DNA of 64,000 bases from Marsupella aquatica (lineage: Eukaryota; Plantae; Marchantiophyta): positions 3,186,944 through 3,250,943 of the forward strand of contig OZ316894.1 in assembly GCA_973895155.1 (NCBI GenBank), written 5' to 3'. Positions within the stretch are counted from its first letter, which is position 1; the number at the start of each line of letters is the position of its first letter. The notes beneath the pieces are model-generated. The model was not told the origin of the DNA, did not search any database, and was given only the letters and a program-made list of their open reading frames with translations. Below are positions 37,404 through 50,700 of this stretch, one piece after another. The position numbers were made by a program, and so were the translations under genes.

Positions 37404-38137
37404 ATCATCAGTTATTAGTGGCTAATAACTGATATTAATTATCAATATAGTTGTTCAAAGTTTAGAATCTCATTTGATTAGTTGAGATGGGGGCTTTGCA
37501 CCTCCACCCATCTCAGCTCGGCAGCTGAGATAGACTCAATCTTGCTGGCCTCACCAAGATAGGCACACGGAACAAAAAAAATCGAACAAAAAACAAAAAA
37601 AATCTCAAAAAACAAATTTGAAAAAACAAATTTTGCAAAATTTTGCGTCTGTACGGTATGATACCCCATAGTGAAAAAATTCAAAACAAATTCCCATCTT
37701 TTTCTTGTGTTGCAACTCGGCTGCCTCTGTTAGATATTGCTCTAGTCTTGTGACTCATGAGCTAACTACAGTTAGGCTAACTCGGGTTAGGACTTAGCTA
37801 ATGTTAGCGGTAGTGCTGTTGTGCATATAGCCAGGGCTGATGCCAGACCCTGGTGGAACTTAGGCTCATTGTTACGGAGCTAGTTGAGAGATAGGGAGAG
37901 CTTGTGTTGTGGATGCTTGGTATGGCCGGTCGGCCTAGAGTGCAGTAAAGCTTTTGTGTGTTCCCGTGGACGTAGCCTCATGTGGAGGTGAACCACGTAT
38001 CTCTCTGTGTCGACTACTGTGCGTTGGATGGTTCATGGGCTTGCCGTTATTAATGTCGTCTATGCTCAACAGCCTCTTTGAGATGAGGTAGCAGCTTATA
38101 TGAGGCCGACTAATAGAAATTACTGATAACTGATGAT
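37404..38137. mobile_element. Possible small TIR element hosting the solo LTR
   Basis: ATCATCAGTTATTAGT (37404-37419) and ACTGATAACTGATGAT (38122-38137) form a 16-bp inverted repeat with 1 mismatch. No clear TSD. Confidence 0.4.
37728..38071 (+). mobile_element. Solo LTR of the neighbouring Ty1/copia family
   Basis: 344 bp with TG...CA ends and a 5-bp TSD GCCTC (37723-37727 / 38072-38076). It is the reverse complement of the LTRs at 39210 and 45657, with about 8 private differences. No PBS or PPT adjacent. Confidence 0.95.
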
Positions 38138-39209
38138 TTTAACTATCTCCAAGTTGTACTAGGAAGTGTGCACTTAAGTGACTCCTCCAAAATGGATATT
38201 CAAAGGTGTGGACCTCCAGGGCCAAAAATTGTATAGTCTCTACCCTCCAAAATCCATTGATTGTTGTTGACCTGCCTCATGAGGGATTCAGGTATTAAAC
38301 TCTTGCTATATCAAAAGATGGCATGAATCAACTTGAGAGCCATAAAACAAAGGGCTGGGTACATGCGGGTAAGCATCAAGGCAAGCAACTTTGGGAATTT
38401 ATTTTGCAAAACTGATTCCAAGGGTCTTTTAAATCCAATTTTGAGACTTATAAGAATATATATTTTCCACTATTTTTTACAATTAAATAGGCCTATGTGC
38501 TCTTTAAAGTAGACTAGTCAACAAAACATGCCCTATATGTTCTTCCACAAAATTTTGGAAGTCTTCCATCACACCCATTTAAATGGGCCTATACTTTGTT
38601 GCATGTGATGTGCCACTAGCAAACATAGCCATGAGATTTTGGCTAATAGGATTTGTGGCTATTTGGGAAATTGGCTAATTTACTATAAAGTGTCTACAAA
38701 TTTTGTCTGAAAGTGGTGAAGACTTTTCTATGAAGTGGTAGAAAGTGTAAGGTAAAGGTTCCCTTGGAATCAGTTTTGCAAAATTCTTATCCCTAATGTT
38801 CTTATAAGTCTCAAAATTGGATTTAAAAGACACTATCGTTATTCTGAGAAAATTCTTAAGTCTTCCCTTCAAACCAATAAAATGACCATATCTTTCGTCG
38901 CATGTGATGTGCCATTTTTGTGGAAGTGAAATCCCCGAGCCCCCGCCCCCCTCTCCCAAGTTGTGCACAAAAAATAGTATTATCACAAAATTAGTGTCAC
39001 TAACACTAATTTGCATGTAGCTTTGAACACCTGGTGTTCTCAAATTAGTGTTAGTCACACTTCTTAATGTAACCAATGTTGGCTCGAAATCCCGCTCGAA
39101 ATGACAATAATTTTCTGGAGGAGAGATATACTTTATGGACCTCCAAACACAACATTCTTACTTAACCGACAAAAACATGCACATTGCATTCAATGTTCAT
39201 CGTAAGAAA

Positions 39210-42200
39210 TGTTGAGCATAGACGACATTCGTAACGGCAAGCCCATGAACCATCCAACGCACAATAGTCGACACAGAGAGATACGTGGTTCACCTCCACA
39301 TGAGGCTACATCCACGGGAACACACAAAAGCTTTACTGCACTCTAGGCCGACCAGCCATACCAAGCATCCACAGCACAAGCTCTCCCTATCTCTCAACTA
39401 GCTCCGTAACAATGAGCCTAAGTTCCACCAAGGTCTGGCATCAGCCCTGGCTATATACACAACAGCACTACCGCTAACATTAGCTAAGTCCTAACCCGAG
39501 TTAGACTAACTGTGGTTAGCTCAAGAGTCACAAGACTAGAGCAATATCTAACAAACTCCCCCTTGACTCTTGTCTTGGGGACTGGACTAAATGCTACCAG
39601 ATGGATTCCTCAGCGGGAAGTTCTAGACAATCACCAAACCAGGTCTCCCCCTAAAAACCACAAGGGTTAACTAAGGGTTAACTAGAACTAAGCCGTAGCC
39701 TAACAGGAATGAGTAATCCATATACAAATAGTCACACATTGCTAAATAACTCTACTTGCACTACAACTGCAAAACCTGCAAAGTAGCACGGCGTCTTGAG
39801 AAACTCTCCAAAGGAATCACTTTGGTAAAGGCATTAGCGGGATTGAGCTTTCCATCAATCTTGACTAGCTCAATAGTTTTATCAGACATTGCTTGCCTGA
39901 TAAAATGGTACCTGATATCAATGTGCTTCACCCTGCTATCCATCACCTGGTTAGCAACCAAGTGAAGAGCACTCTGACTATCACAGTTTAGAGTCATTTT
40001 TCCATGCTCTAAACCCATCTCCGCGATCAACTTATCCAACCAAATTGCTTCTTTTGCTGCTTCTGCTGCTGCAACATACTCTGCTTCTGTAGTAGACTGA
40101 GATATGCATTTCTACAAGGTAGATTTCCAACTGATACATCCTCCTCCAAGAGTGTATACAAACCCAGTTGTAGACCTCCTTGTATCCAGACAGCCTCCAT
40201 AGTCAGAATCTACATAGCCAACTAACGTTCTATCTGATCTGTTATCAAATAGTAATCCATAGTCTTGTGTTCCCTTTAGATACCTGAGAATCCACTTCAC
40301 AGCTTCCCAATGTACCTTCCCTGGATTTGACATGAATCTGCTAACCTTGCCCATCGCTAGGGCCAAGTCAGGCCTAGTACAAGTCATCAAATACATAAGA
40401 CTGCCTACTGCCTTCTCATAAGGAATCTTAGCCATTAGACCTTTCTTCACAGCATCCGTAGGAGAGAAAGCCGATGATAACTTGAAATGTGAAGCTAAAG
40501 GAATACTCACTGGCTTACAGTTCTCCATGTTGAATCGTACAAGTACTTTCCTCGCATACTGGCCTTGACTCAAGCACAACTGTCCAGTATCAGAGTTCCT
40601 AAAAATCTCCATCCCTAAGATCCTCTTGGCCTTACCAAGATCCTTCATCCTGAATTTAGCACTCAATTTCGCCTTGAGACTGTCAACCTCAGATTGATCT
40701 TTAGCCATAATCAGCATGTCATCCACATAGATCACCAGAATGATGAAACCGAATACATCATTCTTGACTGATTTCGTATACACACAAGGATCATACACCA
40801 TCCTTGAAAAACCTTGAGCAAGCATAAAATCATCAAACCGCTTGTTCCACTGTTTGGGAGATTGCTTCAATCCATACAAGGACTTGAGCAACCTGCAAAC
40901 TAAGTTCCCTTGGCCCTTCTTCATAAGCCTAGTGGCTGTCTCATGAAGATCATCTCTTCCAAGTTGCCATAAAGAAAAGCAGTAACAACATCCATCTGAT
41001 CCATCACCAGACCAAAAAACACAACAAACTGACACAAGATCCGAATTGTGGAATACTTAGTCACCGGTGAAAAGACCTCATTGTAATCCACTCCTTTCTC
41101 CTGAGTGAATCCCTTGGCAACAAGCCTTGCCTTGTAGATCTTATCTCCACCCTCTGAAGGATTGTCCTTCAACTTGTAAATCCACTTGCTGTCCACCACT
41201 TGCTGACCTCTTGGAAGCTCCACCAGCTCCCATGGCTTGTTGTCACTCAAAGATTGCAACTCCCTCTGCATTGCTGCATTCCACTCATGCTTTTGCTCTG
41301 AAGCACAAGCCTCACTGTACGAAGAAGGCTCTCCTTCTTCCAAGATCAAAGCCATATCATCTTCATCAGGTGCAATGTCAATATCATCTAGCTTAGATGA
41401 GTCTGCCCATTGATCATACCTGGTAGGAGCTCTAGTAGAACGATTGGAAATTCTTCTAGTAGATGACTCAGCCTGATCTGTTGCTGCTGCTGGTTGAATT
41501 TGAGGTACCCTAGCAACAATCTGCTCCTCTTGTTCCATCACAGGAACCAGCTCCAAGCCCGGAGCTTCTCCATCTCTCCTGTCATGAACTCCATCATGAC
41601 TAATCTCCCCCTCAACCCGGTCTGGGATGGGAGATTTCCCCTTATCAATATGGGAGTCCTTAGAACTCTCCCCCTCCTTTGATGATCTGGATTCATGAAA
41701 GGACACATCTCTATTGACAATTAGTTTACAGGTTACTGGATCCCACAACCTATAACCCTTCACATCTTTCTGATAGCCAAGGAAAATGCACTTCTTCGAC
41801 TTGGACTCCAGCTTGGATCGAAGCTGGGAAGGTGTAAGCACATAAGCATCACATCCAAAAATCCTCAGATGTGAGTAATCTGTTGGACGCCCGTACCTCA
41901 TTTCAAATGGCGTCTTGAATCCAATAGAACTGGATGGAGAAAAATTTACCAAATAAGCTGGAGTGTTGACAGCTTCAGCCCAAAACTCATGTGGTAAGCA
42001 TGATTGACTCAACATACTCCTCGAGCGGTCCAATAGTGTTCGGTTGAGTCTCTCAGAAACACCATTCTGCTGAGGAGTATAACTTGTTGTGAGATGGCGG
42101 GTAATCCCCTGCTCCTTACAATATATTCCAAATTCCCCGGAACTGTATTCACCGCCGTTATCTGATCGAAGATATCTCACCTTATTACCAGTCTGATTCT

Positions 42201-45200
42201 CAACTTGGGCTTTCCACTCCTTAAAAGTAGCAAAAACATCAGACTTATTGTGTAGAAAGTATATCCACACATACCTTGAGTAGTCGTCTATAAACGTGAC
42301 ATAGTATAACCGTCCAGAATGTGAGGGAGTAGGGACTGGACCCCACACATCACTATGTACATACTCAAGTACCTCCTTGCTGGTGTGAGTTCAAACTCCG
42401 AAGGGTTTCCTGTGTTGCTTCCCTAGCACACAGTGCTCACAAAATTCTAACTTACAAGATTGCAAATTAGAAAGTAATCCTTTCTTCTGAAGAATAACCA
42501 AATCTTTTTCACTCATGTGGCCCAAACGGAAGTGCCACAGCCGGGCCGTCTCCTCATGAGATAAGGTTACATTGGCTTCATCACAGACTACACTGCCCTC
42601 CAAAACGTATAGATTGTAATGTCTCTTTCCCTTCAATACAACTTTAGTACCAGTTGAAACCTGAAGGATACCATTAGCAGAATTCCACTAATGGCCATTT
42701 GCTTCTAAAACTCCAAGTGAAATGAGATTTTTCATCATGCTGGGAATATATCTCACATTCCTCAACGTTCTTACAGCACCATCAAACATCTGAAATCTAA
42801 CAGATCCAAGTCCAACCACTTGACATGGGATTCCATTTCCCATCAACACTGAACCGTTGGAATCCGTGTAAGAATTGAAAAAATCTCTCCTAGAGCAAAT
42901 ATGAAAAGTACATGCACTATCTAGAATCCAGTCATCACTACCTGGATTTGACACCACGTTGAGAGCATAACCTTTACATCACAATATGTCATCATCATCG
43001 AGTAAATCTACCTCATGCGAGCTCGATGCCGCGTTAGCAGAGGCAGTAGAGACCTTTACTCGACAATCCCTTTTCATGTGGCCAGGCTTGCCACAATTCC
43101 AACATGCAAGAGGCTTCCTCTCTTGCAATTTCCCTCTGGATTTAGATCTCCCCCGTGATGTAGATCTAAACCTGTTCTGCCCATTCGTGTGCTGCGCTGC
43201 TCTTCCCCTGTTCACATTGAGCGCAGTGCTAGAAGAAGATGTTGTCTGTGATTGACCCAGCTTCTTTTGAGCATCATCAGACAGTAAAGAACTCACCACC
43301 TCATTATACGAAATGGACTTCAGATTTCAAGCCCTGATATGACGGCGGTAAGGAGCTTAGCAAAAGCAAGGCCTTATCCTCATCTTCAACTCCTTTTTCC
43401 AGGTTTGATAGATCCACTGCTAGACTGTCAAACTCATCCAGGTGATCCTGCATCTTGCTCCCTTCCTTGAGCCTGAGGCTCATCAAGAGAGACTTCTTGT
43501 ATAGCCGGTCTGACGCATCTTCCCGGTAGTACTTCTCTCTTAGAGACTTGAACAGTGACGCGCAATCCGCATAATCATCCAGCTGCTTGATGATGTGCGG
43601 CTTGAGATATAGCATCACTGCATTGACAGCAATCACCTGCTCCTATCTCCACTGCCTCACTGAAATCTCCTCCTCTCCATCATACTGCTCTCGCAAAGAG
43701 AGCAGATGAGCTAAGCCCATGGCCCGTAGAACACCCTTCACTTGCTTCTCCCACAACAAGTAATCAGTACAACCATCTTACTCCTCCACCTCAAACTTTA
43801 CCCATCTGAATCTAGTCATCTCCCTCTTCTTCCCCACTACCAACAGCTCTGTAGTAACACAGCTTCCTCCACTGCACGAGGCACCGGTGATCTTACCGGT
43901 GTCACAAGTTCCTCCTCAAACGGTAGCAGCTCCTCCTCAGACTCACTGTCTGACCGTCACGATCCTGAAGCTCCACCAACGCCAATTCTTCCAGTATCCT
44001 CCGAGTCACTCATATGAAACAATCACAAAAAAACATCTTTTTTGAAACTTCTCATAAAACTCAAAACTCAACACCACCGCGTAGCCCACGAAGCTAGGAG
44101 TCCAATACTGAAAGCCAAAATCAAAATCAAAATTTGACGGAAAAGTTATTCAAATTTTGGTCGGGGTGGGTAAAACCTTGGGAAACTCCCTCGTTTTGAC
44201 CACCTCGGAGAATAACTTAATTACCAAGTACAACCCGTCGTCGGAATCGCGATGTGATCGGTGCGCCGCGTTGCTAACTTCAGTGGCAACGTCCTCGCCA
44301 AAAAAGAACCAAAAAAGTTACCGTTCGGCGGACGGAATCTTTGTCGGACGGTCGAAAAATAGCTCTCTATTTTTCGGGAATATTCCCGCACAATACAACA
44401 GGTCTCACAGGGGCCGTTCCCCCTGTCCAAGCAGTTAAAATGGAGGGTCACAGGGCCCGGGATAGCCACTAGAAGAGCCGACAAGAAAAAGACAAAAATT
44501 GGCCCTTAAAAGGGGGTGTAAAGGCCCTTTAAACAAAAAAGATGCCCAAAACGCGCATGGTATAGGGATACAGGAGGGTGAATACACGAAGGGTCGGGCG
44601 TATTAGGTCGGGGCGGGGCTGCAACGGGGGTGCGCGAGTACCCTCGCAAGTACTAAGGCTGCATACGCAGCCAAGCCCGCAATCGGAAGGAGGGCCGGCC
44701 GAGGGCATAAGACAGGCGTTCGGGGGCGGGGCAAGCCGGTGGTAAGGGGCAGCAAGGCGCCCGGGCGCGCGTAAAGCGCCGGCCGGTGCTGCGCGTCGCA
44801 CCAAGGCCGCGGCTGCGGCTGAATACACCGGCGAGCGGGAACGGTTCGATGGGCGTACGAGGGTGTCGGGCCAAGAAGGGTGTGTACACACCCTTTGGTG
44901 TGTATACACACCTAAAAAGAGCCCTAACCTTAGCAAAGGAAATTTGCCGTTTCAAAGTAAAAAACACCGATTACACACCTTAATGGCCGCTACTTAGCAC
45001 GAGGAAAGAGATGACCGCCGATGGGAAATGTTGCCGAATTGCACCGGCACAGTCTACAGCTCTAGGAGAGAAAAAACTTTCGCCGCGTCACATTCACTCT
45101 GCGTCAAGTGCCAATCCCGAGCTCAAAACGACCGCCTCGCCGTGATCAAACCGTTGAGCTGTAGCACTTCACGTTTCTTCCACTGAGTCGTACGTCACGA

Positions 45201-45999
45201 AGAGAAACTTGGTTCAGATGTGAACAAGCTCCATAGCTTGTGAGAAAACCTGAACGCCTCCTTCACTCGTCACGACGCACTCGGTAACAACTCGGCAGCC
45301 AATCCAACTACCAAAATGACCAGCCCGCATCAACCTTCAACTTAAGCTATAATGTGCGATCCCTCCCGCACCGCACAACTCACACCGTTGAAAAATGCAA
45401 ACTCTGGTCTCTCCCCAAAAATACCGTCGAACACGAATAAAACCTGAACGACGCAAATTTCAATTCCTCCGCACCACGGATACCGATCAGCGAGTTCTAA
45501 CCACCGTTAGAAATCCCTCTCACTAACCTATCCGCTCAGCCACACACATTCGAGTTTCAAGCGACGAAACTCCGAATGTACCATCGACAATGAACGCTGG
45601 AATTTTCCTGTCACGAAAAAAACCTCGTCACCTCCCAGGCATGCTCTGATACCACTTGTTGAGCATAGACGACATTCGTAACGGCAAGCCCATGAACCAT
45701 CCAACGCACAATAGTCGACACAGAGAGATACGTGGTTCACCTCCACATGAGGCTACGTCCACGGGAACACACAAAAGCTTTACTGCACTCTAGGCCGACC
45801 GGCCATACCAAGCATCCACAGCACAAGCTCTCCCTATCTCTCAACTAGCTCCGTAACAATGAGCCTAAGTTCCACCAGGGTCTGGTATTAGCCCTGGCTA
45901 TATACACAATAACACTACCGCTAACATTAGCTAAGTCCTAACCGAGTTAGACTAACTGTGGTTAGCTCAAGAGTCACAAGACTAGAGCAATATCTAACA
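39210..45999 (-). mobile_element. Full-length Ty1/copia LTR retrotransposon, coding region disrupted
   Basis: LTRs at 45657-45999 (5') and 39210-39553 (3') with TG...CA ends; TSD AGAAA (39205-39209 / 46000-46004); tRNA-iMet PBS TGGTATCAGAGC (45643-45654); PPT CAAGGGGGAG next to the 3' LTR; domain order gag-PR-INT-RT-RH. Confidence 0.98.
39761..44013 (-). pseudogene. copia gag-pol polyprotein remnant
   Basis: gag (DGCTDYLLWEKQVK, LLLLSSLPPSY, CWNCGKPGHMKRDC), protease (WILDSAC), integrase (WHFRLGH..CEHC, RSDNGGEY, QQNGVSER), RT (KARLVAKGF, YVDD) and RNase H (YVDSD, CDSQSA, KHIDIRYHF). It is broken by roughly 10 stops or frameshifts. Confidence 0.95.
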
Positions 46000-46039
46000 A
46001 GAAAAAATATTGCCCCCGACTTCGCAATGACGCTTGATG

Positions 46040-47004
46040 CTGAAGCTTGCCAAAATGGACAAAACCATGCCATATTCAACATAAAAGGAAGATTGTGATG
46101 TATACACAACGCACCTTGTATACATAGTTCACACATGAAAAAAATGGTGTCAGCTTTACAAAGAAGCTCGGCATCAAAGCCTGCCCAAAAGGACAAAACC
46201 ATATCATATTCAACATACAAGTACTATTGGATGTATACACAATTCTTGTTGTATGCACATTTCACACATAAAAGAAAATAAAGATATACAAATATCAATG
46301 TTTCCCTAAATCCTCTAACGTATATAATTTACCCTAAACCCTAATTATTTTAACATATATAATACATTTTGTATACATTAATGCCCATGTCTACAAAATC
46401 TAAATGCCACACTTTATATTGTGTTGTGGTCAGACAAGGCGTAGTTCATTTGACACTATGGTCTTTGTATACATTATCAATGTATACAAGATCTGATGCT
46501 ATTTGTTGTGTTGACAACAAATGGTTCATTTGTTGCTATGGCCTGTGTATGCATTGTTATCAATGTATAATGTCAATACACTGGCTCATTAATCATCCAT
46601 TTGACTATGCCATCAGACACACCATCTGTGTATACATTGTTATCAATGTATATAATGTCAATACATTGGCTCATTGGACACCAAGATGGTAGTCAATGCA
46701 TTTGACAAGCTCATTGGACACCAAGATGGTAGTCAATGCATTTGACAATGCCATCAGACACCTAAGAACAATAAAACATGTTACATTCTCATGTGACATT
46801 CTCATGTTTAAAGGTCTGCACATTGCTTGAAAGAAAGTACGACACAAATGGTACCTCTGGCAAAAATATGTATCGTTTGGTTAGGTAAGAACGTTGCATT
46901 TGAAGGTCCATTAAATATATCTTCTGGAGAGGTGTACTCGTGCGAATTCTCGCCACTAAAAATTCTGGAGAGGTGAACTCGTGCGAATTCTCGCCACTAA
47001 AAAT
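46040..47004. repeat. Cluster of short direct repeats, probably an old DNA-transposon remnant
   Basis: GGACAAAACCAT..CATATTCAACATA x2; GCTCATTGGACACCAAGATGGTAGTCAATGCATTTGACAA x2 (~46669-46748); TTCTGGAGAGGTG.ACTCGTGCGAATTCTCGCCACTAAAA x2 (46922-47004). Confidence 0.7.
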
Positions 47005-47484
47005 TAAGCTGGATCACACATCACCACACGCGAGTAATGGGAAAAAGATGGACAAAGCCAAATCAATAATAGATATCATTTAAGTTTTATGTTGACAGCA
47101 GTATTGTACAATGCTGGGCAGCACAGATACGAGACGCAAGACAGGATTTGACGTCACGGTGATAGAACCGAGAAGAGAAAGACAAACAACGATTTGTCGG
47201 GAGTCACCGCCGAAATTGAGTTCATCAATATCATTCTCGTCAATCATGCCTTTCATGCACAAAAAGAGGGTCGAGCATGATTGAGTGGAAGCAGAAGAAT
47301 CATGACGTAATTGATCAGTGTCTACGGAGTATAGTATGGCTCAAATGCTGTCGCACGACCTCATCAGATCGTGCCGTTCTTTCATCTCTTTGACCAGTAC
47401 CATCAGCGGAAGACAGCCAAAGCATTGATTTCTCGGCACTCAGCATGAATTACGCTTGAAATTCCTCTGGAGCGAGTGGTGACA

Positions 47485-47786
47485 GTGTGACGTGCGTAGA
47501 GATCGGAAAGAACACCGATGGGGACAGCATCAGCTGGTCGAAGGCTGTGCCACTGATTCTGCCCTCATTGATTCACTTCGTTGTCTCGGTCTGGGATTGC
47601 GGCTGTGCCACTGATTCTGCACTCATTGATTCAAATCTGAAGGTCTGGAATTACTCTAGGAATTCGTCTAGAGCGAGAGTGGAAGTGTGACGTGCGTAGA
47701 GATCGGAAAGAAGACCGATGGGGAAAGAATCGGCTGTTCGAAGGCTGTGCCACTGCTCCTGTACTCATCGATTCAGTGCGTTGTCT
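47485..47786. repeat. Direct duplication, ~200-bp spacing
   Basis: AGTGTGACGTGCGTAGAGATCGGAAAGAA.ACCGATGGGGA..TCGAAGGCTGTGCCACTG at 47485 and 47684, plus an internal partial copy. Confidence 0.8.
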
Positions 47787-50700
47787 GAAAGGTCTTCAGC
47801 AAAATTGAAAAACTCATGCCAGGCAGGCAGACGGGTTTCGAATTGATGATAGCTTGTAAGGTCAGGTAACTTCTGACATCAAAAGGGTCCGTTCGATGAT
47901 AACATTGTAACTATAATGCATTTGGATTGGATTTGCAGCTCATCTACGGTGCACAATGCAAACAGAGAGTTTCAGCTCACGTCTTCTGCCGGGGGGGGGG
48001 GAGGGGGGTGAGGGGGGGGAAGATCTTACTGTACACGTTTCTCGAAAGAATGATCGACTGCAAATCCAGTGAGTACCTGATCGATTCGCCGTCTGGAGGC
48101 CTACGGTCCAAAATTCCTACCCTGTAAACGTCAGAAATGATGACAAATGCCGAGAAAGTTTCTTAATTTTTTGTCCAGAGGATAATAACGTAATCCGAAT
48201 CAAACCAACGACAGAAATCTGAAACCGCAGAACTCGAGTGTACATGACAATACAAACAAGTAAGTCATCAGGGAGAAGGTACAGTATGCCGTACGATGCG
48301 CAATGTCAATGGACGATTTGCGGACTATATTCATTTCTACTTTCTCGTTCCATGACAACTTCTCACTTCCCAATTTCGAACCGAACCTTCCGATTTCCGA
48401 AGACCCGTAGGCGACGGCAGCCGCCCTGTCTGTGAGAGCCAACTTTGACGGTAAATCAGTGAGTGGAGTAAATTCGAAAGACCTGGTTACTTGCCAACAC
48501 CGAAGGATGCATACTCCTGAACGTCTCTCCCCTCTCCTCCAGCGACCAGCACGGACGGGTCCGGCGTGCGACAGAGAAGGAGTGATGGAAACGAAACCAC
48601 TTCAATATTTGAAGAACATTCAAGATTTATGTCGCAAAGTCAAAACAGCCAGTTAACCTGTGCTCTTGAGTTCACTGCGACTCAAATTTCAGACAAAAAC
48701 TTCCTTTGAATGGGAAAGCTAACCAAATAGATTCTCAGGATGCACTATGCCACGAGACCACCAACACGACGTGAGGTAATCGGGGGACGATGTCCAATGG
48801 CAGACGATGTTGACGATGTAACCTTGCCAATAGAGCCTTCAATGGTGCATCATTTCAAAAGGAGACTACCGAAGCTCGCCTACCAACGGCTATTCCAGGC
48901 TTAATCACATGGATCCACACGTCTTCGTAGTTGACTGAATCTGAGCGTAAACGCGCTCATTCTGAATCCGCTTTAGCTCCTGTCCGGGATGTACCACAAC
49001 CCAACGGAAGGCCATGTCTGTTGCGGCAGAAAAGTACATCGAGCTCAATGCGAGGGGGAGAAACCCCAGTATAGGGGAAACGAGAAAACCTGAACAAACT
49101 CTCAGGTTGGTTTCTGTGAAGTAAAGCACCTCCTGATGAGAAGGAGCACGACATTGAAAAAAATCAATGTCAAATTTACGAACCCGGTGAATCAGATAAG
49201 ATAATACATGCCTTGTCGAATTCTAGCGGCCTATAAGAATCACCTCTCTGAACATGAATCGAAAATAAGGGCAGTCCCTGTATGTGATAAAACATCGATG
49301 CTGTGATGACATCATCATCGTCAATCGATGGATTAAACTTTCAAGTAAGAAGGCTTGCCCAAGCAAGCAAGTCGTCGTAATAGATCCAATCCCTCCGAAC
49401 ACACGTCACATAATACTTTCGCCGCATTACTAAATTCTTCGGCGCGCCGAGCTCTTGCATCAACCGTTGATATATGTATATACACACGCGCAGCCTCTAC
49501 CTCAGTTGGGCTTGTTGACGGCAAGCTTTGGACCGGGTTTCAATTGCGTAATAATACAAAACATGACGTCCTCCACAACTTCGCTCGGAAGTCTGTGTGA
49601 TCCTTCAGTTGTAAATCTGTGCATGACACCTTACACGAAAGAAGAGCGTTGTCGACAGCTCCTCAAGCCCTCAGCTGAAAATTCGTCGGTTTCCGCAGTG
49701 TTGAGCGCGATAAGAGAGAGGTTTTCAAAGTGCAGAAGGTGAACAGCTCTAAGTCATGTAATGGACATGAACATGTACCGATAAATGTGTATAGTCTTTT
49801 GCTTGGTAAGAAATTCAGGATCAACAATAGTTCCGCAGTATTCTTCTCATCCGGTAACGACGTGGCCATCAATCAGGTGCAGAAGACTTCAAGCGGAATC
49901 TGCATGACTGCACTGCGATTAGGAAACACAGCAAAGACTGATTCCCTCAGGGTTCATCCACTGACGGCGGCCAACGAGTGGAAAGGATTCCAGGAAGAAC
50001 AAGGAAGGAAGTAAATAAGTGCCTTCGGCTCTCTAGAAGGCACAGGTGGATGCCCTGTAGAAGGCACTGATGGATGAACAACCGGCACAGGGGTGCTATC
50101 ATCTTGACGACTCGTACTATTCTGTCGATCGACGAAAGACAGAGATCGCGTCCGCTGCTTGCTGCTATGCCTCACGAGGATCCTTATCCTCTTCCGGACC
50201 AACTGAGAGCAGAGGATGCGGCTTCCGAACCTGTGGCTCACATCTCGAGCGATCGCTCGACGTTTCCGGAACGAGAAGAAAAAACAAGACATAACTGTGT
50301 AGACAGCTGCTCTGATCAAGCTCTGGTGTATAGGCACTTCTCGCTTCTCCTCCTTAGTTTCCGGCTCCACCGCCACCACGTATCCAGAAGAATTGCAAGA
50401 CTCCTCACAAAGCTTGGAAGCTGCAGTTATTCGGCTCTCCGATATCGATGATCCATGAGCAGTATTACATCCAAATTGACTGATCCACCGTCACCACGCA
50501 TCCACGAGAACTGCCGGATTGCTCAAATATTTATTGTCAAAAGGTCACAAGATGATTCACGTACAGCCAGCACCAGATCCAAATTCATTGGACTTCCAGC
50601 TGCCTCAGAAATCTTGAAGACCACACTTGAAGCTGTTTGCTAGTTGAATCGCTCGTCTGAGGGTCACTCATTTCAGCAATTAACGCAACAAACTTGAGCG

